Shown here: piece after piece, positions 46,138 to 55,068 of the stretch
Layout: each line of letters opens with the position of its first letter
How positions within the stretch are numbered: position 1 is the first letter of the stretch
IMG/VR virus record: IMGVR_UViG_3300027805_000011
Coordinates: 3,017 to 67,016 of that record
From: a virus
Direction: 5' to 3' (one strand)
Length of the DNA: 64,000 bases
Made by a program: the position numbers and the translations under genes
Notes under the pieces: model-generated
What the model was told of the DNA's origin: nothing
The model's database searches: none
The model's input: only the letters and a program-made list of their open reading frames with translations

Positions 46138-46396
46138 AAAGTTTCTGACTTCCGAAGACCGCCGAAAGGGCCTTTTCAATGTCTTCCACGATGGCATTGA
46201 CTGCCTCCACTTCGGCCTCCTCCATACTCCCGCCGGTGATCTCCTGTTTGCGCTCGGCCATGTCCATGCAACCCGCCTCGTAGGCGACATTCCATGTCAA
46301 ATCGAAGAGCCGGCGAGCCGCTTCGGGTGAGTGTTGTTTGAACGCCATCGAGGGATCGCGTTGCAACAGAATGGCCCAGAGTTTTTCTTTATTCAT
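46088..46396 (-). CDS. Hypothetical protein
   Basis: 102 aa from ATG 46396, overlapping the upstream stop. Confidence 0.55.
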   Translation of the reverse strand: MNKEKLWAILLQRDPSMAFKQHSPEAARRLFDLTWNVAYEAGCMDMAERKQEITGGSMEEAEVEAVNAIVEDIEKALSAVFGSQKLYATKKANKKKTDQGGE

Positions 46397-46680
46397 ACAA
46401 GGATACCGTCGTTGTGCTTGGCCACCCAGCGGCACACTTCTCCGGCCAGCTTTCCGATTTCCTCAACAGCGTCCTCATCAATGTCGAAAAGGCGGGCATG
46501 GATAAGTTCATGGCAGACAAGCTCGATTCCCCGATGTCCGATCGCTTCGGGGTGGATGTATATGACTCGATCGTCCTTCACGCAGAGCCCGTCGAGGGGC
46601 TCCCGTGAAGGCGGTCGCTGTAGCCGGATGGTCCATGACTTGCCGTCGATCTTGACCCGTTTGGTGCGGACTCGGCGCAT
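46393..46680 (-). CDS. Minimal zincin metallopeptidase-like protein
   Basis: GLC...R.IYI, CHELIHA (HExxH) and a downstream DEDAVE. Confidence 0.7.
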   Translation of the reverse strand: MRRVRTKRVKIDGKSWTIRLQRPPSREPLDGLCVKDDRVIYIHPEAIGHRGIELVCHELIHARLFDIDEDAVEEIGKLAGEVCRWVAKHNDGILV

Positions 46681-46714
46681 CTGGAACAGTGGCACAGTTA
46701 TTATTCATGGGCAA

Positions 46715-46963
46715 CTAACCCCTCAGAGTCTTGCCGACGGAAGGATGTCGGGCGACTAGCCCCCGGAGATAAGCCCGAACCACGGCGTTGGCCCCGTCAT
46801 AGACCGCTTGGTCCACTCTTTCGGGGTTCCAATGCCTCGTGTGCCGTGCCCAATCCAAGGCAAACTGCCGGATGGCGGCTTTGTTGATGAGGCTGTGAGC
46901 CCTTGTGCGGAACGGGGCGTCAACGGGAGCCCCGACTTCTGTAGGTTTGTCTGGTAAGGTCAT
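46715..46963 (-). CDS. Small basic hypothetical protein
   Basis: 82 aa, LINKAAIRQFAL...HPSVGKTL. Confidence 0.6.
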   Translation of the reverse strand: MTLPDKPTEVGAPVDAPFRTRAHSLINKAAIRQFALDWARHTRHWNPERVDQAVYDGANAVVRAYLRGLVARHPSVGKTLRG

Positions 46964-46965
46964 GG

Positions 46966-47295
46966 TCAGAAGCAGTAGGGGTTACCTTCGGCCAAGGGCA
47001 GCGTCTTGGGGCGGATGCCCTCGGGTTGCTCCCAGACCAGACTCCTCGGTGCCGGAGCGGTGCCGTCGAAGACGACCCGCAAGGGCTGGAGTTGCTGGGT
47101 CGGAGGATCGGCCAGCGGCAGGAATGCCGCCGCGACGATGACCGGCAGGGCCGCGCAGAGCCGCGCAAAGGCGGCTCGGCAGCGCGACCACAGGGTCGGG
47201 CGGATTTGACTCGGGGTGGACAGTGCCGCCCAGAGGTAGGGGTAAGCCTCGGCCGGAAGGCAGGAGGCGTTGGGATTGAAGTCTCGGTAGTTCAT
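46966..47295 (-). CDS. Hypothetical protein with one TM segment
   Basis: ATG 47295 with SD AAAGGA upstream. Confidence 0.5.
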   Translation of the reverse strand: MNYRDFNPNASCLPAEAYPYLWAALSTPSQIRPTLWSRCRAAFARLCAALPVIVAAAFLPLADPPTQQLQPLRVVFDGTAPAPRSLVWEQPEGIRPKTLPLAEGNPYCF

Positions 47296-47444
47296 GGTTT
47301 TGGTTTCCTTTCGTTTGGGTAGCTGAACCAAGGCCCGCGCCCTGCCCCCATCAAAGTTGATGGCGACACGGGACACGGTGCATGGTTCAGGGTTCATTTG
47401 GTTAGTCTGACAATGTGGAGTTATTATTCGTTCAAACGGATGTT

Positions 47445-49052
47445 TCATTGGTTCGGAATCGCCCGCAGCGTTCGCACCAAGGCATCGGCCATGCCGAAGA
47501 GCGAGTCGCGGCTGAGTGAGTAGTCGAAGTTTGCCCGCAGCTTGCCCGAGTAATCACGTTCGGAGCAGCAAAGCCCGAGCGTGTAGACTCCACGAGCCCG
47601 CAACGAATCGCGGACAAACGGTTCATCGGTGATCTCACCGTCGGTGTAGACGACAGCGAGCTTGGACCTCTTGGCGACCTCGTCGAAGACGGACCGCTTG
47701 CCTCCGGGCGTCAGCGCAAGGCTGATACCCTCGGCACCGGACCAGCCAAGGAAGCGGCCGATGCGCCAGTGGTCCTCCCGACAGGGGAGGTCCATCTTGT
47801 AGTGGCACCCGCCGTGCGACACACCGTAGGCCGTGGCCGTGATGCGCCCCCGACCGGCGAGGATGCTCAAAGCCCGCCCTAGGATGCGTCCGGCCGTATC
47901 GCAGCGCACCGTGCCGCGCCGGCCTTCGCGATCGACCTTGGCTCTCACGTCCTTCATGCTGCCGGAGCAGTCCACAAAGTATGAGATGTGCGGCTTGCCG
48001 CCACGACCCTCGACCGCGCCGATGAACGGGCGGTTCCAGGCCCCGCGCAGCAGGCCGCGCACGTTGAGGCGCTTGGTCACGGAAGAGCGGGGAGCGATGT
48101 AGTCCTCGCCGCCGCGGAATGCACCGTCGAGCATCGAGGCAAGCTGCATGGACAGGCCGTGCTCGTCGCTCGCCGTGACGACAGCGCCGCCGCCGGATGC
48201 TCCGCCGTAAGCATGGGTCGGATGGCCGGAAGGTTCCGTGCTTGGATCGGACGGCGAACCTTCACGGTCGGACGGTGCCGCGCCATCGCCTTTGGGATCC
48301 TTGGCTTTGACACTGGACGGTGCCTTGCCTGTGGCCTCGGCAATCGAAGCGGCAAGGTCGCCAGTGCCATCGCCGCCCTCGCCCTCAATGGTGTCGTCGC
48401 CCGTAGCGGGGAAGTCCTTGAGCCACTCGATAAGAATCGGAATCAAGTCCTCACTGGAGCGGCATCGGGTGATGCGGCAATAGTAGTCAAAGACCTTTCT
48501 CCAGAACGGAAGCCCGTGGTAGATGTGCAGCGTCCTAGGAACCCTGCGGCGGATGCCTTCGGTCTTGAGCGCGTAGAGCAACGCCGTAGCGCTGGTCTTC
48601 ATCGGCTCGGGGTGTTTGATCCATCGTGTCCAGCGGAAGAGCTTACCCCTGCGCTGAGAATAGATCCACTGGCGCTCGATACGCACGTCCTCGAAGAGGT
48701 TGTGCAAACGCCAAGGGATCTTGTGCTCGCCGAGTTTCTTGGCGAGACCCTCCAAGTCCTTGGTTGTGTAAAGCGAGTGCGCCGCCTCGTGCTCGTAGAG
48801 CGAGCGGTAGAAGTCGGGCACCTGCACACGCTTGCCCTCGGCCGGACCGCCCTTGGTGATGGTGCGGTAGGCCGCTTGGGAGAGCATGATCTCGTGCTTC
48901 TTGGTTGTGTGGTCGTAGCGCCAACAACCTGTCTTGCACGGGTGTCCACTGCGGAGCCAGCCGAGGTTGTAAGCCTCGGACAAGACACCGCCGGTGCGGA
49001 AGCCGAGGTGATGATCCTCGACTGTCCGCCTGAGATGCAGGGTGCAAATCAT
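47445..49052 (-). CDS. vWA domain protein with N-terminal HExxH domain (CobT-like AAA+ partner)
   Basis: YEHEAAH, LFEDVRIE, MIDAS motif VDCSGSM and YTDGE. Confidence 0.8.
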   Translation of the reverse strand: MICTLHLRRTVEDHHLGFRTGGVLSEAYNLGWLRSGHPCKTGCWRYDHTTKKHEIMLSQAAYRTITKGGPAEGKRVQVPDFYRSLYEHEAAHSLYTTKDLEGLAKKLGEHKIPWRLHNLFEDVRIERQWIYSQRRGKLFRWTRWIKHPEPMKTSATALLYALKTEGIRRRVPRTLHIYHGLPFWRKVFDYYCRITRCRSSEDLIPILIEWLKDFPATGDDTIEGEGGDGTGDLAASIAEATGKAPSSVKAKDPKGDGAAPSDREGSPSDPSTEPSGHPTHAYGGASGGGAVVTASDEHGLSMQLASMLDGAFRGGEDYIAPRSSVTKRLNVRGLLRGAWNRPFIGAVEGRGGKPHISYFVDCSGSMKDVRAKVDREGRRGTVRCDTAGRILGRALSILAGRGRITATAYGVSHGGCHYKMDLPCREDHWRIGRFLGWSGAEGISLALTPGGKRSVFDEVAKRSKLAVVYTDGEITDEPFVRDSLRARGVYTLGLCCSERDYSGKLRANFDYSLSRDSLFGMADALVRTLRAIPNQ

Positions 49053-49294
49053 AACACCCTCCAGACACGGGTTCCGGCGCAACCGTTGGAGTCAACGGTG
49101 CGGGTGATGAACTTACGCTTGAGCCTACGACCAGCCGAAGTTGCACAAGTGGATAAGACGACTCGGCGAATGTCGCTGGCGGGGACGAAGAAGCTCTCCC
49201 CCAGCGCCAACTCGCGCCATGGATATTTAGGTGCTCTCCCCTTGCCTTTGTGGTTGTTGGGGATGGGCATGTTCGTTTCTATCTGATAACTCAT
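49049..49294 (-). CDS. Small basic phage protein
   Basis: 81 aa, PIP....GR.PKYPW..L..GESFFVP. Confidence 0.65.
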   Translation of the reverse strand: MSYQIETNMPIPNNHKGKGRAPKYPWRELALGESFFVPASDIRRVVLSTCATSAGRRLKRKFITRTVDSNGCAGTRVWRVL

Positions 49295-49314
49295 AGTTTT
49301 CCTTTCGTTGTGGG

Positions 49315-50700
49315 TTACTTGCGCGGGAAAGCCGTATCGAGAGCGTTACGGACCCGCTTGATTTGTTCTGGCTCGGGCTGACCGTCGATGGTCGTGGCAA
49401 CCCAGACGTGCAAGCCGAGCACTTCCAACATGCGGCGCACATCGGACTCGTCGTGCGCGTATTGCATCGCTTCGGAGAGAATGCGCGTGGTGGGCAGCAG
49501 GTCGATGAAGCCGTCCTGCTTGAGCACCTTGGCCGTGCGCCAGAAAGCCAGCGAACGATCGACCACGTCCGGCTGGAAATCTCTGGCCTTGGCGATGGAA
49601 GACAGGACCGCACGGATCTTGGCTTCGGTGTTCTCGACGTGGACCGAGATGAAGCGGTCACGCTCGGCGGGACAGCCGAGATCAACGTCATACTGCGCCC
49701 CGACGTTGGTCGTGGCGACGATGGCGAGGTTGCGGCACGGGGCCTCGATGACCTCGGACTTGTGGACTCCGGTCTCCGGATCCTCGACAGCGCGGCCGGT
49801 GCGGAGGCGGTAAACCTCTTCACCGGAGGGCAGCACGGCCTTGGACGTGCAAGTCAGCAGCACTTGGCGGGTGCCACGGCGGGCGCGGTAGAACTCGTCG
49901 ATGACGAGCAGCACCGTCTTGCCTGCGGCGGCGGCACGGTAAGCCTCGGAGAGCGGACCATCGATCCACGGCACCCTAGGATCAGGGTTGCCGAGCAGGT
50001 CGCAGGTGTCGGTCTGTTCGTAGACGCCGACCTCGACGTAGTAGTCGAAGTTGGCATCGTAGCGCCACTGACGGGCGGAGTAGGTCTTGCCTGCACCCGC
50101 ATCGCCCTTGACCAAGATCGGCTTGATCGCTGCGGCGGGTTGAGCGAACTCCTCCAAGACTGCGTAGATCGGATCCGACGAAGTCGAAGCCGAGACGCCG
50201 ACGAGCGGGGCCAGCTTGCGGGCCACAGCGGTGCCGCCGGAGGCGAGAGCGGCGTTGATCTTGTCGGCCAGTGCCGCCATGCCGCTGGCGTAGTCGGTCT
50301 GGATGCGCTCGATGCGGGTCTGCACCGGAGCGAGAGCCGACTTGAGGGTGGCACCGTCCACAAGTCCCTTGGCTACGGGGCTGGCGGTGCGGGTTTCTTC
50401 GATCAAGTCGCGTAGGGTCGAGATGTCCTCGGCCAGCGGCTTGGTCATGTCATCCACGGCGGCGATGGCCGCACGGGTAATGGTTTCTTCCAAGGCGGCG
50501 AACGGTGCGACCGTGGTGGCCGCGCCGAACGCCTGTGCCTTGGCTTCATCGACGTTGATCTCGCCCTTGAGGAAGGCTTTGAGGGTTTCCACTCGCGCCT
50601 TGGCGATCCACATCCCCTTATGTCCGGCGGCGCGGACGGCGGAGAGTGCTTCGTTGTAGTTGAGAGTGTCGATGGGTTTGCTGAATGTTGGTTTACTCAT
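49315..50700 (-). CDS. MoxR/CobS-like AAA+ ATPase
   Basis: GDAGAGKT (Walker A), LLVIDE (Walker B), ATTN (sensor 1), DRF (Arg finger). Confidence 0.85.
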   Translation of the reverse strand: MSKPTFSKPIDTLNYNEALSAVRAAGHKGMWIAKARVETLKAFLKGEINVDEAKAQAFGAATTVAPFAALEETITRAAIAAVDDMTKPLAEDISTLRDLIEETRTASPVAKGLVDGATLKSALAPVQTRIERIQTDYASGMAALADKINAALASGGTAVARKLAPLVGVSASTSSDPIYAVLEEFAQPAAAIKPILVKGDAGAGKTYSARQWRYDANFDYYVEVGVYEQTDTCDLLGNPDPRVPWIDGPLSEAYRAAAAGKTVLLVIDEFYRARRGTRQVLLTCTSKAVLPSGEEVYRLRTGRAVEDPETGVHKSEVIEAPCRNLAIVATTNVGAQYDVDLGCPAERDRFISVHVENTEAKIRAVLSSIAKARDFQPDVVDRSLAFWRTAKVLKQDGFIDLLPTTRILSEAMQYAHDESDVRRMLEVLGLHVWVATTIDGQPEPEQIKRVRNALDTAFPRK

Positions 50701-50732
50701 GGTGGTTGATTTCTTTCTTGGTTGTGGAGTTA

Positions 50733-50975
50733 TTATTCTCCGGAAATTTCTGCGTCTTCAAATTGGTCAACGTAACTTTGGCCTAACTCCCAGTTCGAAA
50801 TGAACTGGAGGCCGCAGCTATTCTCGAATGTCTCTTTGAGTTTCGAGATGGGGAGGATGTCATACCCGCTGTCGAGACATTCGTCTCGGTCGCTTTCACG
50901 TTCGAGCAGGTAGATCTTGTGACATCCATCGTAGGCGAATTCCTTCGCGAAGGTGCGTTTGCCGTTGATGGTCAT
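50733..50975 (-). CDS. Hypothetical protein
   Basis: 80 aa from ATG 50975, FAYDGCHKIYL. Confidence 0.6.
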   Translation of the reverse strand: MTINGKRTFAKEFAYDGCHKIYLLERESDRDECLDSGYDILPISKLKETFENSCGLQFISNWELGQSYVDQFEDAEISGE

Positions 50976-50976
50976 A

Positions 50977-51165
50977 CTAGTAGTCCTCGTCGATGGGTTC
51001 ATCGGACCAGTAGTCCGCGTCTTCGAGGACGTCCTTCCGGTATTTGCGGAGCTTCTCCTCGCGGCAATCGTCGCAGACGAAGGTGAGGAAGATGCCACGC
51101 GCATCGTATTCGGCTTCACGCGGCAGGTTGCTGCCGCATCCGCACAGGTTGTAGTGTTCAGTCAT
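50977..51165 (-). CDS. Small Cys-containing hypothetical protein
   Basis: CGCGS...YDARGIFL..VCDDC, with SD GAAAGGGA. Confidence 0.65.
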   Translation of the reverse strand: MTEHYNLCGCGSNLPREAEYDARGIFLTFVCDDCREEKLRKYRKDVLEDADYWSDEPIDEDY

Positions 51166-51283
51166 GGTGGTATCCCTTTCTAGGATGTGGGGTTGGGGGT
51201 TTATTATTAAGCCCTAGGGGCGGCAAGGAAATAATTCCGAAGGCCGCACAGAGGGCGGGGTATCAGGCACTTACGTCTTTCGA

Positions 51284-51457
51284 CTAGTCCCCGATGGGAA
51301 GTTCCAGTTGTGGGTCTTGGGCTTTGACGCGAGCCAGTTGGACTTGGTGCGCGTGACGCAGGGCCGCGGACACGAATTCCAAGATCGCTTCGATGTTGTA
51401 GTCATGGTGCGCGTTGAAGTGCGCCGCCGCTTCGAGGATGTGTGGATCAGGCTTCAT
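51284..51457 (-). CDS. Small hypothetical protein
   Basis: 57 aa (MKPDPHILEAA...), ATG overlapping the upstream stop. Not in the ORF track. Confidence 0.5.
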   Translation of the reverse strand: MKPDPHILEAAAHFNAHHDYNIEAILEFVSAALRHAHQVQLARVKAQDPQLELPIGD

Positions 51458-51726
51458 GGGCTTGCCTCCAACAGATCGTCGAGTCCGGCTATAGTGAACT
51501 CAGCCATCGATCCTCCGTGCCCGCACGATTCACAAGTGGCGAATGATGACTTGTCGTAGTCAATGTCCGAATGGTCGTCTTCTCCGTTGTCCGTCATGGT
51601 GAAGAACGAAGTGGCGGAAATACGAAAACGATCACGATACCCGCACTTAGGGCAGGCTATGTCCCGTAGACAGTTGTCGTTGTATTCGGGGCTGGGGTAT
51701 TTCTTGAGGAATTGTTCTGCTGTCAT
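51454..51726 (-). CDS. Zn-ribbon protein
   Basis: CPKC...CESC, with SD AAGGAG. Confidence 0.65.
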   Translation of the reverse strand: MTAEQFLKKYPSPEYNDNCLRDIACPKCGYRDRFRISATSFFTMTDNGEDDHSDIDYDKSSFATCESCGHGGSMAEFTIAGLDDLLEASP

Positions 51727-51730
51727 GGTG

Positions 51731-51934
51731 TTATCTCCTTGTTATTTTGTTGTTGCAGACTTGCACCAACATTTCTTGCGTGATGTGCATCCCGCAGGGT
51801 GCGGTGTAGTCGATGGGTTGGTCGGGGAAGTCGGGACTGGTCACTCGTTCGCCGTCGAACAGGACGCGCACCTCCTCCCCTGCAATGTTGAGCGTGATCG
51901 GAATCATTAGTTCCTCCCGCTCATCTTGGTCCAC
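51731..51934 (-). CDS. Hypothetical protein
   Basis: 67 aa; alternative start at 51907. Confidence 0.5.
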   Translation of the reverse strand: MDQDEREELMIPITLNIAGEEVRVLFDGERVTSPDFPDQPIDYTAPCGMHITQEMLVQVCNNKITRR

Positions 51935-52476
51935 GTTGCCAAGTCGAACTCGGCAAACGTCATGGCGGGGAACATCTCACGCACCTTTCGCTTCGCCCGT
52001 GCCTCGATGCTCATGTAGAGCGGCGATAGCTTGGGCGGTGTGGCGTGCGGGATGCCGCGCAAACGCGCAACCTTCCGCAGCCAGCGCAGGATGTGAACGT
52101 CGAGCACGACATATTCCTGATGCGGTCTGCTGTGCAACAGAAACATCCGCGCCGTCTTGTGGCCGATGCCGTGGATCGTGAGCAGATCGTGCAGCGAGCA
52201 GCCGCGCAGATCCAAGTCGAGCACGGCATCAGTTGCGGGGATCGTGCGATCTTCGTAGGGGCCGAGGCCGATGTGCCGCATGATGTCGCCGATACGGTTG
52301 CGGTGCTTCCGCAATTCGGTGAACGGACTCGGGTTGCCGAGGTAGGTCAGTAGATCGTTGACCTTCGACGCTGCGAGATCCGATTTCTTCCCCGCCACGG
52401 CGATGCAGAAGAGTATGAACTCTTCGAGTTGCTCTTCGGTGCGGGAGAAGTTGGTGATTTCAGTAGGGATAATCAT
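51907..52476 (-). CDS. HhH-family DNA glycosylase/AP lyase (Ogg2-like)
   Basis: HhH motif LLTIHGIGHKTA with catalytic Lys, and VLDVHILRW with catalytic Asp. Confidence 0.75.
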   Translation of the reverse strand: MIIPTEITNFSRTEEQLEEFILFCIAVAGKKSDLAASKVNDLLTYLGNPSPFTELRKHRNRIGDIMRHIGLGPYEDRTIPATDAVLDLDLRGCSLHDLLTIHGIGHKTARMFLLHSRPHQEYVVLDVHILRWLRKVARLRGIPHATPPKLSPLYMSIEARAKRKVREMFPAMTFAEFDLATWTKMSGRN

Positions 52477-52757
52477 ACTTTTATCTCCTTGGTTACGTGG
52501 AGCAGCGCAGGATACTTCCCCGCTTTCTCCAGCTTGGTTGTCAGGTGTGTGCCTTGGCAGTGCGGGCAGCGGTAGACGCCGTAGCGTTTGCCGTGCTTAC
52601 GCGCAATGCGTTCGGCCTTCATGGCGTAGTGCCTCCCCAAGTTGGTCTTGTTGAGGCAACCACGCCGGAAACTAGGTTTCTTTTTCGACAGAGCGTCGAG
52701 GCTCTGACGGATGCCGAGCATCATGTCGAGTATGCTCATCGGTTTGGTGAGTTCCAA
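52473..52757 (-). CDS. Small basic Zn-finger protein
   Basis: YRCPHCQGTHLT. Confidence 0.6.
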   Translation of the reverse strand: MELTKPMSILDMMLGIRQSLDALSKKKPSFRRGCLNKTNLGRHYAMKAERIARKHGKRYGVYRCPHCQGTHLTTKLEKAGKYPALLHVTKEIKV

Positions 52758-53209
52758 TGGTCCTCCAAGTGCGTGATGTAAGAGCGGGGAGCAACAACGC
52801 CGCCCGAATCAACAATAGGCACCGGACTCCACTCGAAACTGTAGACACGCACCGCATCGCAGACGGGTTTGTCGCCGCATCCTGCGTTCCATTTATATGC
52901 GGGCAGAATATCCGGTTCGTAGTCCCTGCCGAGATGGCGCAAAAGCCACGGCGAGGACGGTATGAGGTAGTCGCCGGAATCGGCATCGACCTCGGGGCAA
53001 ATGTTGCCACGGTCACGCCCGAACGGCGTGTTGAGTTGGATGTGGAGATCGTTGGCATCCTCTTGCCATGCGTAGCGCACGGGTAAATTGAGATGACAAC
53101 AATCGGGACGGTCCTCGTAGCCGGTGCTGCGGCACAGGAGCGCCAGATAGAGCATCCTAGGACGACCGTCACGGACTTTCGGATTAGTGGAGCGATTAGA
53201 TTTGTTCAT
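52736..53209 (-). CDS. Hypothetical protein
   Basis: 157 aa; alternative start at 53155. Confidence 0.5.
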   Translation of the reverse strand: MNKSNRSTNPKVRDGRPRMLYLALLCRSTGYEDRPDCCHLNLPVRYAWQEDANDLHIQLNTPFGRDRGNICPEVDADSGDYLIPSSPWLLRHLGRDYEPDILPAYKWNAGCGDKPVCDAVRVYSFEWSPVPIVDSGGVVAPRSYITHLEDHWNSPNR

Positions 53210-53741
53210 AATTCATACTGTAAACGGGTTGGGGTTGAGGTTTGGACTTGCCGAGCGGGACAAGACGGGGTGCCGTGGAGAACACGACTCGGTAGTCTTG
53301 CGGGTTGGGCATGGCGACAAGCTGGGCTACGGCAGCGGACTCATCACTGAACACGCGGGTCGTGGCGGTGCCGGTGTCGTCGGCCTCGGCGTAGTCCTCC
53401 CAGCCGAACAAGGTGCGTGTCTGCAACTTGAACTGAGTGAACTCCGGTTCGCGGGGCTTGCTCTTGACGGTGCCGGAGTTGAACGCACTGAGCGGTGAAG
53501 CTCCGTCGAACTCTGTGTTTGTGTAGACGACATGGCTGGCGGCGCGGTCGGTTGCGACCTCGTCGCACTGGATCAGGCAACGGTGGTAACTGGTGCCGTT
53601 GTTATTCGTGGCGCTGCCAGCAACTCCGCGAACGAAGTTCTGGACATCGGTGAGAACCAACTCGGTGATGTCGTCCGAGTTTTCAAGATCGGCGACCGGA
53701 ATGTGCAGGTAAGTCCTGATGATACGATAATGTTGTGGCAT
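53196..53741 (-). CDS. Hypothetical protein
   Basis: 181 aa, with a palindromic box 28 nt upstream. Confidence 0.6.
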   Translation of the reverse strand: MPQHYRIIRTYLHIPVADLENSDDITELVLTDVQNFVRGVAGSATNNNGTSYHRCLIQCDEVATDRAASHVVYTNTEFDGASPLSAFNSGTVKSKPREPEFTQFKLQTRTLFGWEDYAEADDTGTATTRVFSDESAAVAQLVAMPNPQDYRVVFSTAPRLVPLGKSKPQPQPVYSMNYEQI

Positions 53742-53790
53742 GGTTGTTTTTCTTTCCTAGGGTTGCGTTGTTCGGACGCGAACAAGCGGG

Positions 53791-54996
53791 TCAGGCATCA
53801 GCCGTGAGGCCCGCTGTCGTGTAGATGCTGCGCCGCACAAGGTATTTGTGCAGGTGGGGATACAGCTTGATGTTGTCGAGGACGTAGCGCAGGAACGGCT
53901 GCGGCGTCTCGATGTCGCCGATGGCGTGGTTGGCCGGAGCACAGAACCCGATGAGTGCCGCGCAGAACTCCAAGTTCTTGCGGAACGAGTCGGGGTTGAG
54001 CGTCCCGCGGAAGATGCGGAGCTCGGCAGTGCGGCGGGTCAGGTTGAGTGCAACGTGGCGTTCGTTGCCGTATTCTTTCTTGGCATCGCTGATCTTCTTG
54101 CCGCCCTCGCGTTTGCACCAGTCGTTCATTTGCTCGAAGGTGCGTCCGGCGATGGTCTTGACCAGCGCGGCGTTGTTGTGGTGATTGACCCAGACCAGCA
54201 TCTTGCCCAGTTGCAACTGGGAGAGTGCGGCACGGGTCATGTGGACGTGCATACCGCAGTTACCGTTGGTCCAGCTTGTCATACGCTTGGAAGCGTCCTC
54301 GATGAAGCCGGTCCACTTGCGTTGGTGAACGTCGAGGGTGTCGGGTCGGGTCACCATCTCGAAGCCGCGCTCGCTGTCGAGCGAAGCGTCATGCTTGAGG
54401 ATGATGTAATCGTGGGTGAAGTGCTGGTAGATCTTGTCGATCTCCGGCTGGATGTTGAATCCGCGTTTCACCTCGACCTCCAACTCGATGCCGAAGAACA
54501 GCGGACCTTTGCCCTCGGGCATCTTGGATGCGATGGACTTGTCGCTGTAGGGGAAGATGATGTTGTTGCCACGACCGGGCTGATACCCGTCATCGTCATC
54601 ATCTTCCGGCTCCGAGCAGTGCGTGCAGTAGCCGTCACCGTCGAGATCCTCGGACCAATACTGGTCACCGCAACTCTCGCAGGAGCTCGCGTTCTCGTTG
54701 AGGTATTCGTGCGAATACCAGACACCGTGGAAGCGTTCACCGTCTCCGGAGAGATAGAACTCGTCGGTGCCGGTGCACCAGTGAGCATCTTCTTCCAGAG
54801 CGTAATCACCATCGTGCAGGCAGACGATTTCGTGGTGATCGCGAACAGCCCAGTCGCCGTCATGCAACTCGCGAAGGTTCTCGTCGTTGAGGTAGGCGAA
54901 GGTGCCGTCGAACAATTCGACAACCTCGGCGGAGGTTGCCGTGATGAGTTCACCCGAATAGAGGGTGAAGGTGGATTGACTAACCGTGTTAGGCAT
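53791..54996 (-). CDS. Putative amidoligase (COOH-NH2 ligase type 2)
   Basis: FGIELEVE, KHDASL..GFEMVT.P, CGMHVH and ELRIFRGT, with an acidic Cys/His-rich N-terminus. Confidence 0.82.
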   Translation of the reverse strand: MPNTVSQSTFTLYSGELITATSAEVVELFDGTFAYLNDENLRELHDGDWAVRDHHEIVCLHDGDYALEEDAHWCTGTDEFYLSGDGERFHGVWYSHEYLNENASSCESCGDQYWSEDLDGDGYCTHCSEPEDDDDDGYQPGRGNNIIFPYSDKSIASKMPEGKGPLFFGIELEVEVKRGFNIQPEIDKIYQHFTHDYIILKHDASLDSERGFEMVTRPDTLDVHQRKWTGFIEDASKRMTSWTNGNCGMHVHMTRAALSQLQLGKMLVWVNHHNNAALVKTIAGRTFEQMNDWCKREGGKKISDAKKEYGNERHVALNLTRRTAELRIFRGTLNPDSFRKNLEFCAALIGFCAPANHAIGDIETPQPFLRYVLDNIKLYPHLHKYLVRRSIYTTAGLTADA

Positions 54997-55068
54997 ATGT
55001 TTTTGTGTGGGTTGTGCGTTGTTCGTTTCCGAACAAGGCGGGTGGTTGTGGTGTTACGGAGTTATTAC

